Shown: positions 38,761 to 51,870 of the stretch, piece by piece
Position numbering within the stretch: the first letter of the stretch is position 1
Layout: each line of letters begins with the position of its first letter
NCBI GenBank assembly: GCA_013265495.1
Contig: MU058444.1
Coordinates: 1,550,001-1,614,000, forward strand
Length of the DNA: 64,000 nucleotides
Reading direction: 5' to 3'
DNA from: Vicugna vicugna
Taxonomy: Eukaryota
Notes under the pieces: generated by a model
Databases searched by the model: none
Seen by the model: only the letters and a program-made list of their open reading frames with translations
What the model was told of the DNA's origin: nothing
Position numbers and translations under genes: made by a program

Positions 38761-39087
38761 CAAGTTCCTCTTTAGCTCCAAAAGTCTGTGTAACCATGAG
38801 TAGCTCAGGCACTTACTAGCCATCGTCAGGGGTTTGCCTATGAAAGGCTACACAATAAACACAAAATAAAATCTTGTTAAGAATCAAGGAACTTAAAATC
38901 CAGGTTTTCCTTCAACCTCAGTTCTTTACTAGTAATAAGTGGGTTCATTTGCTCAAGACACAAGGTAATTGAATTCTCATCTGCGTTTTTAATGTAGTAT
39001 AGACATTGTGCAAAGGGACTGGGGTTGCAAAGAGAAACAGGAATGATCGTGGTCTCTATCCTGTCAGAGCTTGATGTCTACAGTGGG

Positions 39088-39401
39088 TGTCTAGCCCCTT
39101 CAGGCTGCCATAACAGAACACCACAGACAGGGTGGCTTTGTAAACCACAGAAATTCCTCACAGTTGTGGAGGCTTGAAGTCCAAGATCAGGGTGCCAGCA
39201 CGGCTGGGTTCTGGCGAGGCCCTCTTCATTGCTGCAGACAGCTCTTCAGGGTCTCTTTTATAAGAGCATCAGTTTCATTCTTGAGGGCTCCTCTTTCATG
39301 ACCTAATCTCCTCCCAAAGGCCCACCCCCAGGTCCCATCACATTGGGAGTTAGGATTTCAGCTTGTGAATTTGGGGAGATACAAACACTCAGTCCATAGC
39401 A
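39088..39401 (-). mobile_element. MaLR solo LTR (MLT1A0-like)
   Basis: ggctgccataacagaacaccacagac...gaagtccaagatcagggtgccagc...catgacctaatc...cactcagtccatagca. Confidence 0.88.
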
Positions 39402-39601
39402 GAGAAAGACAGGCAACTAACTAAAGACAGGACAAGGGCTTTAAAGAGGCAAGTCTTTGAGGGTTTCCTGGTTTCTGCCTTGGACAACTGAATGAATAGA
39501 AATTACTGTCAGTCTTTAGAGAGACGGCACAGTAATTCAGGGGAAAAGAAGAAAAATGATTATTTCGGTTTGGATTATTCAGTTTGGGATACTCAGCTGA
39601 G

Positions 39602-39893
39602 GGTTTTTTGTTTAACTGAAGTGCAGCCGATGTACAATGTTGTGTTGATTTCTGGTGTACAGTGCAGTGGTTCAGTTACACATGTATATTCTTTTTCATA
39701 TACTTTTTCATTACAGGTTATTACCAGCTGTTGAATACAGTTCCCTGTGCTCTACAGTAGGACCTTGTTGTTTATCTATCCTGTATGTAGTCCTTTGTAT
39801 CCTGCAGCAACATGGATGGATCTAAAGATTATCATACTAAGTGACATAAGTCAGACAGAGAAAAACAAACATCACATGATACCATTTACGTGG
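39602..39893 (-). mobile_element. L1 3' fragment with 5' inversion
   Basis: Minus-strand 3'UTR at about 39602-39800 joined to a plus-strand upstream L1 segment at about 39802-39893. TSD A(C/T)TCAG(C/T)TGAG at 39591-39601 and 39894-39904. Confidence 0.85.
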
Positions 39894-41394
39894 ATTCAGT
39901 TGAGTTTTGAAGGCCTTTCCCACAAAGAGGTTTCAATTACACAATGCTTTTTAAAATCCTAATGTTGGTGCTTCAACTGGAATAGTCTGATCTAGAATTA
40001 AGGAAAGTGGAATCTCCTATGAGTATAATTTTGAGATCCCAATAAACCTTCAACCATGTAAGAAAGATGGTGACCAGGTTCTACGCCTGGCCAAGGAAGA
40101 AAGTCCCAGTGGTCAAGCTCTTCTTAGGCCACTGCTAAAACATGGGATGTAGAATGTAATGACAACAGAAAGATAACTTGGGCACTGGGGCACATGCTTT
40201 ATTCTTATAAAGAAACAAAGTTGAACAGGATTTCCTGTGATTGGAAAGAACCCAGTCATAGAACTTTTAAGCTCAGGGTCCTGTGGACTTGTCTCTGTTT
40301 CCTCTTTAGTCTTATGAGTTGAAAAAAACCACGCGCATCAAAGACTGTGCTGTGGATTTTTCTAATGCTCAGCAATACTGGGAGAATAAATTAAAGACCT
40401 TTGTTTGATTAGGTTGGAAATAAGGGCTCTCAAAAGGACAGTAAAAACAGATCTTGCTGAGAGAAAAGGACCTCGAAGCTCAGAGAAGGGCATTTGATTA
40501 TCCCCTAAAATCCAAGTTGAGTTAACACAGGAAAAGTTACAGGTAACTGTATGCCATTGAACCTAAGTTCAAATTCTTTCACAATAAAATGATAAATGAT
40601 CTCTGAAGTCTGTATTTTAATCAGTCACCTTAAAGTTTCCATCCTTCTGGTGATATTTCCAATGTTAGGCCTTGGTAGTCGCTGTTTATTTTGTCAAAAT
40701 GTTAATGATATTGTGTATTTTGAGTAAACATATTGAGTTTAATTGCCACAAAATGCCCTCAGAAAGGTTGCGTTATGATTTAGCACTGAATCAAAAATTA
40801 GCATATAAAGGCATGAAGACAGCAGTGCAACATCATAAAAACATGCGTTTAATAATCAACAAAAAATGTTTTCAATAATTACAAAATAAAAATTCCCCCC
40901 AAAACAAAAAATAAACAGAAAGACAACAATAAAAATTTAAAAGAGAAAACAAATAAGTGAAATAAAAAATTCTAAAGAATGAGGAAGCTTGACATTGTTG
41001 AATTGGCAGTGTTTTTCCCTTCTTAATGGCACATAAAAGAGTGACACCAGCTAAAATCAAAGCCATCTTGGGCTCAGTGCTCGGTGGGAAGTAAGGGATC
41101 CCAGAGCAGCCCACTGTCTCTTCAAGTCTCTCTAAGCGTCTGCTTAGTGTTATTTCAGCTCAGTTGATTATCTTATTTTGAAAACTAGATTCTGGATCTC
41201 AAAGAATATTTTTTAAGGTAAGATTCTCTAAGTCAGAGTTTCTCAGAGAGAAGCACGTACATTTCGGGAGCTGGGCTTCCTGGGTTGAGGGGCAGACCAC
41301 TTACACACACCCTGAATGCTGAGCGTCTGTTTGTGTAGGGAACTCCACTGGGCTCCATGGTGGACACGAGAATAAGCATCTGTAGTTTGGACGT

Positions 41395-41660
41395 CCATTT
41401 CCCTAAATGTAACGATGCTGCACACCCATGCATGTGCGTGTTGATCATTCTTGTATCATCTGCAGAGAAATAGCCATTCAAATCCTTTGACAGTTTTAAA
41501 CTGGGCTGTTTTCTTGTTACTGAGCTGCAAGAATTCTTTATATGTTCTGGACAGAAGTCCCTTATTAAATTTATATTTTGCAAGTATTTTCTTCCAGTGT
41601 CTGGGTTGTCTTTTCACTTTGTAGATGGTGTTGTTTGAAGCAAAGACTCTTCATGCTTTT
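41395..41660 (-). mobile_element. ancient L1M ORF2 fragment
   Basis: gagaaatagccattcaaatcctttg...aagaattctttatatgttctggac...ttttgcaagtattttcttcc...gggttgtcttttcacttt. Confidence 0.8.
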
Positions 41661-42304
41661 CAAGTTTAATAGTGTTGATATTATACAAACAACATATGGC
41701 TGTAATGAACCCTTTAAAGCTATTTGTCAAAGCAAATTTAAGTAATTTTATTGCTTTATTTGAATTTTTTAAGTAATAAAGAAAACTGTCCAAAGTCTGT
41801 CTTGTTCACTGCAACCCCAGCATTTATCACAACTCTTACGATAGACACCCAAAGAATAGTTGAAATAGTACAGGAAAATCAGGGTACTGCACAAAAACAC
41901 AAAAACAAGAAAAGAGAAACACAAAATTTGACCAGTTTTATAAATACTCTAAAAGTATATCTTTTTGTTCAGTTTTGTAGCTGTCTTCTTAGAAAATTAC
42001 TGTAATTGGAATTGCTACGTTTAAATTTGCTATGTTGCTGTGCCCATCTTACACTGTAATACATCATGAATCACTGCCCTCCCAGAGGGCACACTGCTCT
42101 ACACGTCATCACTAGTGCACGAGACCCCCACCGCCCAGACGTGCACTTTGTCAACTCTGCCATCTTGGTCAAGCTGATATGTAAAAACTACTCCTGCATT
42201 GCTGTTTTCATTTCTTTGATTACAAAATAAAAAGAGAATTTTCTGTTCGTTCACCTTTAATAGCTCTTTATGAATTGGTTTTTTGTTTCCTTCTCCAACT
42301 TTTT

Positions 42305-42435
42305 ATTTTTATTTTGCGGGGGTTGGTAATTAGGTTTATTTATTTATTTAATGGGGAGATACACTGGGGATTGAACCCAGGACCTCGTGTGTGCAAAGCA
42401 CGCACTCTACCACTGAGCTATATACCCCTCCCCAA
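42305..42435 (-). mobile_element. tRNA-Ala-derived SINE inserted in old L1-like sequence
   Basis: ggggattgaacccaggacctcgtgtgtgcaaagcacgcactctaccactgagctatatacccc; CCAACTTTT flanks both sides. Confidence 0.92.
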
Positions 42436-43739
42436 CCAACTTTTCATGAATTTGTAAGTTCTTTATGTTACATGTTACATAGTACCTTTTTCTATCAAGT
42501 ATTGCCATTTTTTCCATTTTCTACTTGTTTTTAATGCCATCCACTATGCTATTTATCATCTGTCTATATACATATATATGTATATAATTACATATATACT
42601 AACAAAACCTATAAAAGTTTTCATTCTGTTTTCTGGCTTTGGTGTCATAACAAAAGTCACTAACAACCCAAGAACACATAATCATTTATCTGTATTTTTC
42701 CTAGTCTCATTTTTTTTCATTTAACTTTCAATACATCAAGAAAATGTTTTAATCTAAGCTGTGAGGTATAAATTTAAATTTGTTTTTCCAATCTGTTATT
42801 CTAATATCATTTAATAAATTGACCAATAGCCTTAAAATGCTATATTTTAATACCAAAAAATTATTGTGACTGTCTCTAGATTACTGGGGGGAGTCCTATG
42901 TCATTTATCTTTCTATTTTGATGTTTTTAAAATTATCATATCTCTATAATATTTTTGTATTATAATACATTTTGTATTCATATTTTATTGATAGGTTCAA
43001 GTCTTTAAGTGGAGCATTCCAATTTCTGAAACATTCTTTCACGTTTATTTTTTCTTATAAATATGAAAACGTTTAAGCAGGTTTTTCTCTCCTGATTTCT
43101 TGGAATTTGTCCTGGGATTCTCTGAATACAGTTTTAAAAACTTCCTACTACCTAGTTATTTTGTAGGATTTTATTTCAGAATAATTTCAATAACTATGAG
43201 ACTTTCTTGGGAAGAAAACAGTAAAAAATGAAAAAATAAGTATAATGAGATAATTCAGAGTGTCCAAAATCTCACCAGCAAAAAGACCCATGGAACTTTC
43301 TAGGGTGGCTGGGATAAACTAAAAAAATAATAATAATAATACTGCATTTTAACCACCAGAGGCCAGTGCACTCTAAATAATGAACTTCAGTGATCTTTTA
43401 AGATAAAGCCCAGTTGCATTTATCTTGAAGGTCAAAGTTATGTTAAGAATAACGTTAGACTATAGGTTTTCTTCAAGCTCTGTAATATTACAAAACCTAA
43501 TTCTGATATTAGCAGTATAACATTTATTTAGTATATGTATAGAGATACAGTCCTCAGTGAATTACCCATATTAAGCCTTCAGTCTGTACAGACACACTGA
43601 GGAAGACTTCCATGGAAGGGAAAGTTGCTATGTATGAAGGAGAACCTGGAAAGACAGGAACTTGTCCACCAGCTGTTTCTTCAGTACATGCACAGGATTC
43701 CGATATATATATATATATGTAATTTTTCATGATACACAA

Positions 43740-44010
43740 TTACAAGGTACTGTATATAATTTCCTGTGCTATAAAGTAGGACCTTGTTGTTTTTCTATTT
43801 TATACACAGTAGTGTGTATCTGCTAATCCAAAACTCCCAGTTTATCCCTTCCCATCCCCTTTTCCCTTTGGTAACCATAAATGTTTTCTACGTCTATGTC
43901 AGAAACATAAGTAGTTCTGTATGTTTCCATTCTGTAAATAAGTTCATTTGTCTCTTTTTTTTAGATTCCGCATATAAGTGCTATCATGTGATGTCTGTCT
44001 TTTTCTATGA
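43740..44010 (-). mobile_element. L1 3'UTR fragment
   Basis: cctgtgctataaagtaggaccttgttg...ctgctaatccaaaactcccagtttatcc...ttagattccgcatataagtg. Confidence 0.85.
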
Positions 44011-44189
44011 GTGGAATCCCCCCTTGACTCTGCCCTTCATCCTTTTCTGCATCCTAACACATCACCCCCACTTCCCAGCCCCCAACCTGGAGCTGTCTCC
44101 ACCCACTTTCCATGCCCCTCAGGTGCTTCCCCAAAGGAACCTTCCTCTCCCTCAACCCCTCCCTCCCTCTCTCTCGCTCTGTGCGTCCA

Positions 44190-44640
44190 GATCCCAGACC
44201 ACGCTACCTCCCACCTCAGAGCTGTCACACCTGCCATCCTCTGCCTGGAAATTCCACACAGCACTCCCCACGCACCTGATGCCCACCCGACCCCGTTCCA
44301 CATCTCCTGTACCTCTACGTACCTCCCATTCACACTTCTGGTCCCCAGCAAATGTCTGCTTCCAGGAGCAGCCCAGCTGCCACCTGGGACCAGAGCCTGC
44401 TTCTCAGAAAGTCAGATCCTTCAACTCCTAGAGCAGCTTGAGCTGTCCCCTCAGAGCATCTGTCTCTGATTGATCAGGTGCTCATGTGATCCTGTGATCC
44501 TGTGATCCGTGCCTCCTCCCTCTGTACCTGTAAGCTCCATAAGGAGGGGACAGAACTCTATCTCTTCATCCAACATTGTCAGTGCTTTGCCTTGGACACC
44601 CACTATATACCTGTCAGAGGGAGGAAGGGAGATGGGCTGA
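44190..44640 (+). mobile_element. L2 LINE 3' fragment
   Basis: cccacctcagagctgtcacacctgccatcctctgcctggaa...ctgtaagctccataaggaggggacag. Confidence 0.55.
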
Positions 44641-45714
44641 CCACGGCAGATGCCAGACTGGTCCTTTGAGTTGATTAAGCTGCTGTCTGGAATCTTCTGG
44701 ACTGAGCAGTGTAACTTCCTGTCTCTGGGAACCTGGTGAGGAGCATTCTCAGGTAACGCTGGGCCGGGAATCTTTCCAGGACCAAATCCCCACCCCAGGA
44801 AATATGGTATGGGGGTGACTGCTTCTGCAGTAGTAAGAATACTTTTCTTCCATCAGTAGATAATACCCCACCTCATGAGAAAGAAGAAATCTTTAGACAA
44901 ATATCCTCTCAAAATCATACAGTTCTCAATCACTATTCGTTATCTAACAGGAAATTAAAGAATCCCACTGTGATAATAACATTTTCAGATTATCAGAAGC
45001 CACTAGCTACAACTCTCAATTCTGCCAATACTTCCAAACTGACTTTCCACTGGAAATCATCACCTTGCCCATACACACAGATGCACGTTTGTCTCTGTGT
45101 ATGGGGAGGGGGTATCTGAGGAAAATCATAGCAGCAGGAACTGGCATTAAATCCTCTTTGAAATCTTGAAGGATGTAAGTAAATTAACAGTGAGAATAAA
45201 ATTCAGTTTTATATATTAAAATGTTAACAGTAACAGAACATAAACATGACCCAGAAAAGAAATGAGTAACATCCAAAATATATTTTAGATGAAACACTAC
45301 AACCACATACCTAGAATAAACACTAATAACATAAGGACTCCATTACACTAATTCTGTTTTGGAACGTGCACCTGACGCGGATGCCTGAGCTGACCAAAAC
45401 CCCGCAGCTTCAAACACAAACACACTTCCCTAACCAGGGATTAACAGAAAGTGGTTTCTGGAACTGAGTCACCCAGCAGGTCCTTGTTTACTCACAACTG
45501 AGACAATATTGGAAAATGTGCGTCTCCCACGGAAGGGAAGACCATTTATTAGCCATAAGGTAGCAAGTTAGGTAATTCCAGATGTGTCATGCAAAATCCA
45601 GTAGGCAGGTCTCCTTTTAATACATACCTTTTAAAGTCCTATTTTCTCTCCCTTTTCTCTGCTTGACTTCACCAGAATTGTTTCCAAATTGCTAAACCGA
45701 CATCATTGTCTCCT

Positions 45715-47170
45715 TCATTCCTCAGTCAGTCAATAAACATCATTAAATGCCTAGCACGTCCTGCTTGCTGTAAAAGCACCAAAGATACAGATAAATAAAG
45801 TCACACTTCCTGATCTCCTGGAGCTTATGCTCCAGAGGCAGAAGATAGACGAAGAGCAAATAATTGCACAGACCTGCATCCCTAAAATGTTATATTAGAG
45901 GGGCCTCTCTAAGCTGGAAGTGATCTTAAATAAGAAGAATCCAGGCTTGAAACAGCCTAAGGGCACCTGCTCCAGGCAGAGAGAACAGGAAGGCATGAGG
46001 CTGCAGGAGTGTGGAGTGTTGTTTGGGAACAAGCCAAAAGCCAGTGTGGCTGGAGCATCCTGAGTGAGGAGAAGGATAGTAAGAGATACAGTTGTTACCG
46101 AGTCCAAACTCGTTCTGCTCGCTGCAGGTCAGGCCAATAAATAGGGAGATGAAGTGCTGGGACAAGGAATAATGACTTTATTGAGAAAGCCAGCAGACCA
46201 AGAAGATGGGGGACTAATGTCCTAGAGAACCATCTTCCCCAAGTCAGAATTCAGGCTGCTTTTATACTAAGAAGGCGAGGGGCTGTGGTCGGCTGTTGCA
46301 AACATCTTAGTGTCAGAATCTTTTGTTCTTGCAGTTGTCCGTATGGGTCAGGTCATGGTGTCCCTGTAAACCTCCAACAAGACAATTGTTATTTTCTATT
46401 CTGCAAATGTTTATCTTTGTATGAATGGGAAAGTGTTACACCCTTAAAGGTCAGAGCCTTGAGAATGGGCTCTCCTGTCTATTTCAGGCTCTAGGCAACA
46501 TTCTTTTACAAAAAGTGCAGAACCAGCATGACTGAGCCCAGGAAACAGAGCCCAGGGTTAGAGACAAAGGAACAGATCTAATATGGAGTCAGATTTGTTC
46601 CTCCCTATTACATGGTTAGGAAGGAGTGGGGACCCAGATCTTGTAATGATTTGCAGGCAGCAATAAGGAGATTCATTTGTATTCTAAGTGATGTGAGAAA
46701 CCACTCGAAGTTTTTAAGCAAAAGAGTGGAACCAAGATGTGATTTATGTTTTTAAAATATTATCCCAATACAATGTGGTGAGTAAGTTAGAGGGGTAAAC
46801 TGAGCATGCAAAGGATAATTAGGAAGCCACTGCAGTGAATCCGGAACGGGAGGTAATGAGCATCTTCCCTAGGATGGTAACCATGGAAACAAAGAGAAAG
46901 GGATTGATGTGAGGTGTCACTTGGGAAGTCAGCTGGGAGGACCTGTTGATGGAGCCAAAGTGGAGGCTGAGGAAGAGAGGACTGAGGGACGACACCTATG
47001 TTTTGGGCTGGGCTCCCAGTGGGAATGCATGATAATGCTGTTTACAAAGAATGGCTGTGGGTGAGGGGCAGTTTGGAGCAGAAGAAGAAAGGGAGAAGGA
47101 ATCAAGTGTTCCTCGTTAAGCATGCAAAATGTGGAATGCCTAATAAAGTGATAGTTTACAAGCAAGGAGC
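45715..47170 (-). mobile_element. L2 LINE interrupted by an ERV LTR at 46093-46612
   Basis: L2 3' end in reverse (cagtcagtcaataaacat...ttaaatgcct; gccagtgtggctggagc) continues after the LTR (ccagatcttgtaatg...aagtttttaagc...tgatttatgttttt). Confidence 0.8.
46093..46612 (-). mobile_element. solo ERV (class I-like) LTR, copy A
   Basis: 520 bp with TG...CA termini and AATAAA on the minus strand (ctttattg near 46177). Homologous to 53566-54083 and inserted into L2. Confidence 0.9.
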
Positions 47171-47549
47171 CCAAAGACAATTTTTAGGGAACTTGCCTGG
47201 GGTTGTATTCAGCTGGTACACGGTCTAGTATTGGAAGCTCAGCACATCTCATTCCCAAGTGGATGCAGATTTGGAGGGGACCTCAGAAATGATCTTATCC
47301 ATCCGGTATCCACAGCACAGAATTAGCCTGCTTATTTGCCTGAGACAGTCAGTCTTCTCTGTACCATTCTGAGTATTTGTTGAACACTATTACAGACAGT
47401 AAAAGCCAAAATAATGAAAGCATGATCAAATGGAGTTCTTTCTCAAACTTTCTGAAAGCTAAGGGTCACTTAGCACTCTGTGCTCACGATCAACTTTGCC
47501 CAGTGGAATTGGGTTGCAAGAATTTGAGTATCTTCCTGGAGGAGTTCGC

Positions 47550-47810
47550 TAACGAGGTCTAAATATAACTCCGATTGGATCCCGGAACCGAAAAAGGACA
47601 TTAGCAGAAAGGCTTTGAAACCCAGCAAGAGCCTGTAGGGTAGTTAATAGCACTGTGCAGATACTGATTTCTTAGTCCTGACGAACATCCCAAGATTGTG
47701 GAGCGTGTCCATGTTAAAGGGAGGAGAGTGAAGGACGTGCTGGAACTCCCAGCCCTATCTTTGCGACTTTTGTGTAAATCTGAGACTATTTCAAAATGAA
47801 AGATGATATA
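47550..47810 (+). mobile_element. ancient L1MC-type 3' end
   Basis: ggatcccggaaccgaaaaaggacattag...tagttaatagcactgt...gatttcttagtcctgac...ctatctttgcgacttttgtgtaaatctgagactatttcaaaat. Confidence 0.75.
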
Positions 47811-48061
47811 AAAACAAACACAAAAGGATTCTGATGTATCTCATGGAATCCAAGTGGTTGAAATGCCTCACAAAGAGCTGGAACCATAAGAGAAGAATTA
47901 CATAGTGATGATCACATACAAGGTAATGCTTCGCCAGCAACCGAAGAAACACATATTGACATGAGGTATTATGTGTTTCCTAGGAAATCAGCCAGTATAA
48001 TGATAACCAATATTGAGCAGATTTGGGGACAATGATCCTGGACACACTGTGAGGATATTCA

Positions 48062-48420
48062 TTGGATCAGGATTTTATATTGCTAATAGGAAACTGATTC
48101 CGACTGGGAAAGGACGGAACAGTTTGGCTCAGGTATCTGGAAAGTTCAAAGACAGGTCAAGTGAGGGTTGGCCTGGTAGATAAAAATCCCTGTTCTTCCT
48201 GCCTCTCCTCTCTGCTTTCTGTGGTGTCCACTTTGCCCAAAGCTGACTCCCATGCACCACAAGATGGACAGCAATTCCCACAGCTGTATTTGTCCTCCTT
48301 TTCCTCAAGGAGCCAAGAGAATGATTTTCCCAACAGTCCTGAAAAAGTAAATAATTCTAACCTCAGTGACCTGAGTTAATCATGGGTCCATCCCTGAGCC
48401 GTTCACTCCGGCCACAGCTG
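48062..48420 (-). mobile_element. ancient MaLR LTR (MLT1J/K-like) remnant
   Basis: tttggctcaggtatctggaaagttca...catgggtccatccctgagccgttcact resembles old MLT1 consensus. Confidence 0.45.
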
Positions 48421-48918
48421 GAGCCAGTGTCTCTAACACCCCCTGGATGAGAATATCAGAGGGAAGGTCAAAGGAAACAGATAACACTATTTCCAGGAAG
48501 GAAGGGTATTGATTAACTTCATTTTTATGGCAGCCTTTTTCATATAAGGAATTTCAAATAAATCCAGCCTTTTAATTTGTTTCAAGTCATCAAAGCTGTA
48601 CCAAAAAAGGAACCATGCATAAGAGATCTTCTGGTAATGTTATGCATAAAAATTTTGAAGTAATCTAAATTCCCAGCCACAGTATGTTTGTCACAGAAGT
48701 TACAATGCACTGCTTAGTGGACTGTCATGCTGCCATTACATATGATGTTTTCAAAGAATATTTACTGACAGTGAAGAAAAGTACTGGTAAGTTCAGTCAC
48801 AAATTTATTGATGGCCTACAACGTGCCAGGACCTGGGATATATCAGTGAACAAAACAAAGAGCCTGATCCCCTGGAATTAATTAAAAAAAGAATATTCCA
48901 GAAAGAATATATGTCAAT

Positions 48919-49057
48919 ATCTTGTAGTGAGCTATAAGGAAAAAGCATATGAAAACGAATATATGTATGTATATGTATGACTGAAACATTATGCTGTACG
49001 CTAGAAATTGACAATTGATGCAACATTGTAAACTGACTCTACTTCAATTGGAAAAAA
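48919..49057 (+). mobile_element. short L1 3' terminus
   Basis: gtatgactgaaacattatgctgtacgctagaaattgac...acattgtaaactgactctacttcaat plus A tail. TSD AAAGAATAT(A/G)TGTCAAT at 48902-48918 and 49058-49074. Confidence 0.9.
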
Positions 49058-49343
49058 AAAGAATATGTGTCAATTTTTTAAACACCCCATTCTAAAATGC
49101 ACACACACACACAAACACGTGCAAAAGAACCAACATCTTTATATGTCTGCAGACACAAATATCTGTTAAGTCGTCCATCAATACGTTAACAGTAGTTTTT
49201 TTCTGGCCCGTGGTTTAAATGGGGTATTTTTAATTTCTTCATTGTTTTTTCACTCTATTTTCAAAACTGTCTATCATAAACATATGTTTCCTTTTAAAAC
49301 TAAAAAATAAGAAAAAAATCTGCTGTTTTTTTAGAAGAGTGGA

Positions 49344-49731
49344 GGAAAACAAATTTCAAAATGGCAATAAACACACATCTATGAATAATTACCATAAATG
49401 TCAATGGACTAAATGCTCCAATCAAAAGACACAGAATGGCAGACTGGATAATATTACCAGAGCCTACAATAGGCTGCCTTCAAGAGAGCCACTTTAGGGT
49501 GAAAAACACATCTAGATTGAAAGTGAGAGGATGGAAAAAGATATTTCATGTAAATGGAAATGACAAGAAAGTGGGAGTAGCAACACTCATATCAGACAAA
49601 ACAGACTCTAAAATAGAGGCCATTTAAAAAAAAATAAAGAAGGACACTATATAAAGATCAAAGGAGCAATACAAGAAGAGGATATTGCACTCAATATATA
49701 TATGCACCCAATATAGGAGCACTTAAACATA
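49344..49731 (+). mobile_element. L1 ORF2 endonuclease-domain fragment without 3' end
   Basis: Encodes ITINVNGLNAPIKRHRMADWI, CLQESH, LKVRGWKKIF, KKVGVATLISDK and NIYAPN motifs of the APE-like endonuclease domain. Confidence 0.92.
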
Positions 49732-51684
49732 TAGGAGAGTGGATATTGGTTTCTGTGGATTGCTTGGTTTTTGCAGAACACCTGTTAAATGTTTAATTCC
49801 CTTCTCTCCACTCTCACCTAGTTGGGGGGTGGGGGGTGAGGGAGGAGGAGGACGTTCATCTTATGTTTCTACACTGGGCTCTAACGCCATCTAATTTGCC
49901 CAAATCACTCTTGGCATCCAATCCCATTGATTTCTGTAAGTGTTGTGACGACTTGATACTGCCCAAGACAGAACTGTCAGTTTCAGATTTGTATAAACCC
50001 AAGGTTGGAGGCAAAGAAAGAACATTAACTAGCTTATCATCTAAAATGTGACTGCAGAGAGAATTACTCTTTCACGTTTCAGAATTCCCACGGCATGACT
50101 TCTGCCACGTGTTAAAAATAACTCTAATACTATCCAAGACATTCTGTATTAACCCTGGTGTGTGAATTCCAAAGCCATTCCCAGAGCAGAGATGTTTTCA
50201 AAGCAATTTTCCCATGAGAAAATGAAGCATCTGACTTCTGGTGATATGAAAAAAATAAAAATAAAATGTCTGCTAAAATTGCCAGCTTCTCTGTTTCAGC
50301 TTCTCACTACCATAGCATCAGAGGTAACAAACTTCTTGGTAGGTACGGGCTAAAGGTAAGTGTTCTCAGGAAGCTGGAGGAGGAGAACCACATTTTCAAG
50401 CCTGGCCTGAAAACCTCCAGTGACGTACTTTGCACCCTCCCCCCTCCTCTTTTGTAGATGGCGGCACTTCCCAGCGGAAGGAAGCTGGGCCCCTAAATTA
50501 GTGATGGAAGGAAAGCAGCGAAAAAGCTGCCTCACCCTCGTGAGATTGGGATGCGTTAAGTTACTGAGTTTGGGGGTTGCTGGCATTAATTGTCCAGACG
50601 AATATAGTCCCATCACAGTTATTTGAAGCATAGTGCTAAATGAATTCATTAGCTCTGGGAAAAGTCTACTTATGGATAAAGAAGAGTCTGAATTCCAAAT
50701 GCAAACTACAAACCTTGCTTAGCCGTTCAAAAGCTGTGTCACATTTTGACATTGCTGACAGTTATATTTTATTCCTTTGCAAAGGTTTTTTAGGTTGCTG
50801 AGTATTGTAAGAGGATTTTCTAGTTGGGAGGGAATTTTGAGGATGCAGAAACATAGCACAGCTAAATGAACTGCCCAGCTCAGAGCCATAGAGAAGCTGG
50901 TGGCAAATCTGGAAGAGACTCCAATTCTTGCCTCTCCATTTCTCTCCTGTTCTATGTATCATTATAAAGATCTTCCTCTTCCAAAATAAACCTCAACAGT
51001 TTTAAAATAATTTTGTGTTCTGTTTTTTTTTTTTGAAACTTCTGTGTACATCACTTTCATGTTTGAGAACAACTTTACACACTCTAAATGCCTTGTATAT
51101 TTGCTACTTCTGTGATTTTCTAAATAAAAATACCAAATAATAATTCCTTTCAATGTAGTCTTGTAGAAAACTCTTGAGTATCATTTCCTAATCCCAGAGT
51201 CACAAAATCTTTAAATTCAGTGACGGGATTGCCAGTTGTTCTTACTCTTTTTATAGCAAAAGGGTCCTAATTTAATATTAGGATCAAATGTGAGTTTCCA
51301 AATGATCATAGCAACAAGAAAGAAACTGGATTTAGCCGGCCTAGTCTTGTGGAAGTCCTTTTCCACGAGAGTTTCGGGTTAGAATCCTCAAAGCTCACTC
51401 ACACTCAGAAGCTTTTTAATTGTCATCTGAATGTAATTTTCCTACAGTTCAACAAACTGCCAATTGTTTGGCTGCAGATTAAATGACTTCAGCTATTTCA
51501 GTATTGAATCAACATATGTTTAAATCACTTTATAGATTCTGCTGAGGCTAGCCCAGCAATTAAATACCTTTAATGTTAAATAAGTAAATGTTTCTGGGTT
51601 TAAATTTACTATTTCAAGGGCTAAACTAATTTGCCATGTCAAATAGTAGTAGTTTAATAAATCCATTGAAGGATTTTTATCAGT

Positions 51685-51870
51685 TAGGACTCACCTCCCT
51701 CGTTTCCTGTCTCCCAGGGACTGCTGTCTTTGGTTCCCTGATGTCCAGTATCTTGAAAACTTTTGTTTCATACATTTGGTCTTTATTTTTCTTGTTGTTC
51801 CTTTGGGGGTTGGAGGGGCAAGGGGTAAACATGGTTCCTATTACTCCCCCTAGGCTGGAAGCAAAGTGGC
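51685..51870 (-). mobile_element. ancient L1M fragment
   Basis: ctcacctccctcgtttcctgtctcccaggga...cctgatgtccagtatcttgaaaac...ggttcctattactcc...ggctggaagcaaag. Confidence 0.55.

Noticed and set aside
43784..44469. 215-aa and 152-aa ORFs
   Set aside because: They span an antisense L1 3'UTR, a C-rich tract and L2 sequence; no protein resemblance.
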